Below are positions 4,367 through 5,046 of a stretch of 5,046 nucleotides of DNA, piece after piece. The stretch is taken from IMG/VR virus record IMGVR_UViG_3300017764_004042; one strand, 5' to 3'. The notes under the pieces are model-generated. The model saw only the letters and a list, made by a program, of their open reading frames with translations. It did not search any database and was not told the DNA's origin. Position 1 is the stretch's first letter. Every line of letters begins with the position of its first letter. This DNA is from a virus. A program made the position numbers and the translations under genes.

Positions 4367-4782
4367 TGTCAAGTGATGATTACAGGACAGACCAATGGAT
4401 TCTTGATCTCTTTCCTAATTTCTTTGACCCTTGCCCATTCAAAGGCATTCACTTGAAACATAACGGACTGCATATGTCATGGAATTATGCAGATTATGAC
4501 GGCGTGTTTGTTAATCCACCTTATTCAGACCCGAACCCTTGGGTTAAGAAAGCAATACAAGAACAGAAAGATGCAAGAAGAAGAGCATATGACCCCGAAG
4601 ATGAGCAAGAGATTTGGTCGGCTGGTACTATTGTTATGCTTCTAAAGCACGACACATCAACAGAATGGTATAGATTGTTACATGAAGCAGACGCTAAGTT
4701 TTTGCTTGTTAATGGTCGTCTAAAACATCAAACAGGTAAGTCTTGCGCTTTTCCTTCAGTTTTGGCGGTGATGTGCTTATGA
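4366..4782 (+). CDS. Phage-type DNA N6-adenine methyltransferase (Dam-like, PF05869 / TIGR01712-type architecture)
   Basis: Contains the catalytic NPPY motif (DGVFVNPPYSD) followed by PWVKKAIQE. Other family-typical blocks are DQWILDLFPNFFDPCP, TIVMLLKHDTSTEWY, LVNGRLKH and AFPSVLAVM. SD GAGGTG lies 6 nt upstream of the ATG. Confidence 0.92.
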   Translation: MSSDDYRTDQWILDLFPNFFDPCPFKGIHLKHNGLHMSWNYADYDGVFVNPPYSDPNPWVKKAIQEQKDARRRAYDPEDEQEIWSAGTIVMLLKHDTSTEWYRLLHEADAKFLLVNGRLKHQTGKSCAFPSVLAVMCL

Positions 4783-5046
4783 GTAAAATATTACATTCGT
4801 TTACTTTACATAAGCATACATCTGAGTTGCTACGATCTAAATCCAAAAAAGGGTATATGTCTGACAATGTATCAACTGCAATTGAATGGTATTACACTTC
4901 ACCGATCTGGACAAAAGAGCGAGATGATGAGGGAGAATTCACAGGCAAACTAGTTACAGCAAACAAAGGGGTTGTCTTAGCACCGTATGAAAGGAGACAA
5001 TACCAAAGGGTAATTGGAACTTTGAATCAACAGATTGATGCTCTCA
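4779..5046 (+). CDS. 5' part of the junction-spanning gene: putative ribbon-helix-helix (Arc/MetJ/CopG-like) plus coiled-coil DNA-binding protein, 109 aa when circularised
   Basis: ATG at 4779 overlaps the methyltransferase stop (ATGA). The N-terminus MSKILHSFTLHKHTSELLRSKSKKGYMSDNVSTAIEWYY fits a strand, helix, turn (G), helix RHH pattern. The ORF is still open at the window end and continues in phase at 124-185. Confidence 0.75.
   Translation, partial: MSKILHSFTLHKHTSELLRSKSKKGYMSDNVSTAIEWYYTSPIWTKERDDEGEFTGKLVTANKGVVLAPYERRQYQRVIGTLNQQIDAL
4924..5046. repeat. Terminal direct repeat, copy 2 (exact duplicate of 1..123)
   Basis: See copy 1. The repeat falls inside a coding sequence, as expected for an assembly or permutation overlap rather than a functional LTR. 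Confidence 0.95.

Noticed and set aside
1-5046. GATC (Dam site) depletion or enrichment as a clue to methyltransferase specificity
   Set aside because: A rough by-eye tally gave about two dozen GATC sites, close to random expectation for this length and composition. There is no usable signal without a proper count, and the specificity of this methyltransferase family is not fixed to GATC.
1-5046. tRNA, rRNA, CRISPR array, toxin-antitoxin or known defence-system genes
   Set aside because: I found no cloverleaf-like or rRNA-like segments, and no regularly spaced direct repeats with unique spacers. Nearly all sequence is accounted for by the coding frames listed. The only repeat clusters are the short palindromes in the two intergenic regions.

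Overview
This window is a whole small replicon, not a slice of a chromosome. Bases 1-123 are identical to 4924-5046 in the same orientation, and one gene (start 4779) is only complete if the ends are joined. The sequence is therefore a circular or terminally redundant genome of about 4,923 bp, written out with a 123-nt overlap. It is moderately AT-rich (roughly 40% G+C by eye) and almost fully coding.

There are two gene modules that diverge from a roughly 200-bp control region (3784-3987) and meet tail to tail at 185/192.

(1) Minus-strand module. A 100-aa membrane-anchored protein comes first, followed by a 90-nt spacer packed with TTTCCGG/CCGGAAA palindromes. Six tightly packed genes follow:
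- a 144-aa protein with an Arg-rich N-terminus and Gly-rich hydrophobic segments;
- a 228-aa beta-rich candidate capsid protein;
- a 56-aa very basic protein that is missing from the ORF track;
- a 72-aa protein;
- a 410-aa spike/fibre-like protein whose N-terminal ~70 aa is a paralogue of the 72-aa protein;
- a 134-aa membrane protein.

(2) Plus-strand module. Five translationally coupled genes: a 42-aa SAP/HeH-motif protein, two zinc-ribbon micro-proteins (44 and 40 aa), a phage-type N6-adenine DNA methyltransferase (NPPY motif, the only confident homology call), and a 109-aa ribbon-helix-helix-like plus coiled-coil protein that spans the circular junction.

I saw no replication initiator, packaging ATPase, integrase, polymerase, tRNA, rRNA or CRISPR array. 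My reading is a complete genome of a minimal, previously uncharacterised virus or virus-like plasmid. The host may be archaeal: internal genes use GGTGAT-type Shine-Dalgarno sites, and the first cistron of each unit has a TATA-like box about 26 nt upstream and no SD. Apart from the methyltransferase and the SAP motif, all product names are inferences from composition and motifs, not database hits.
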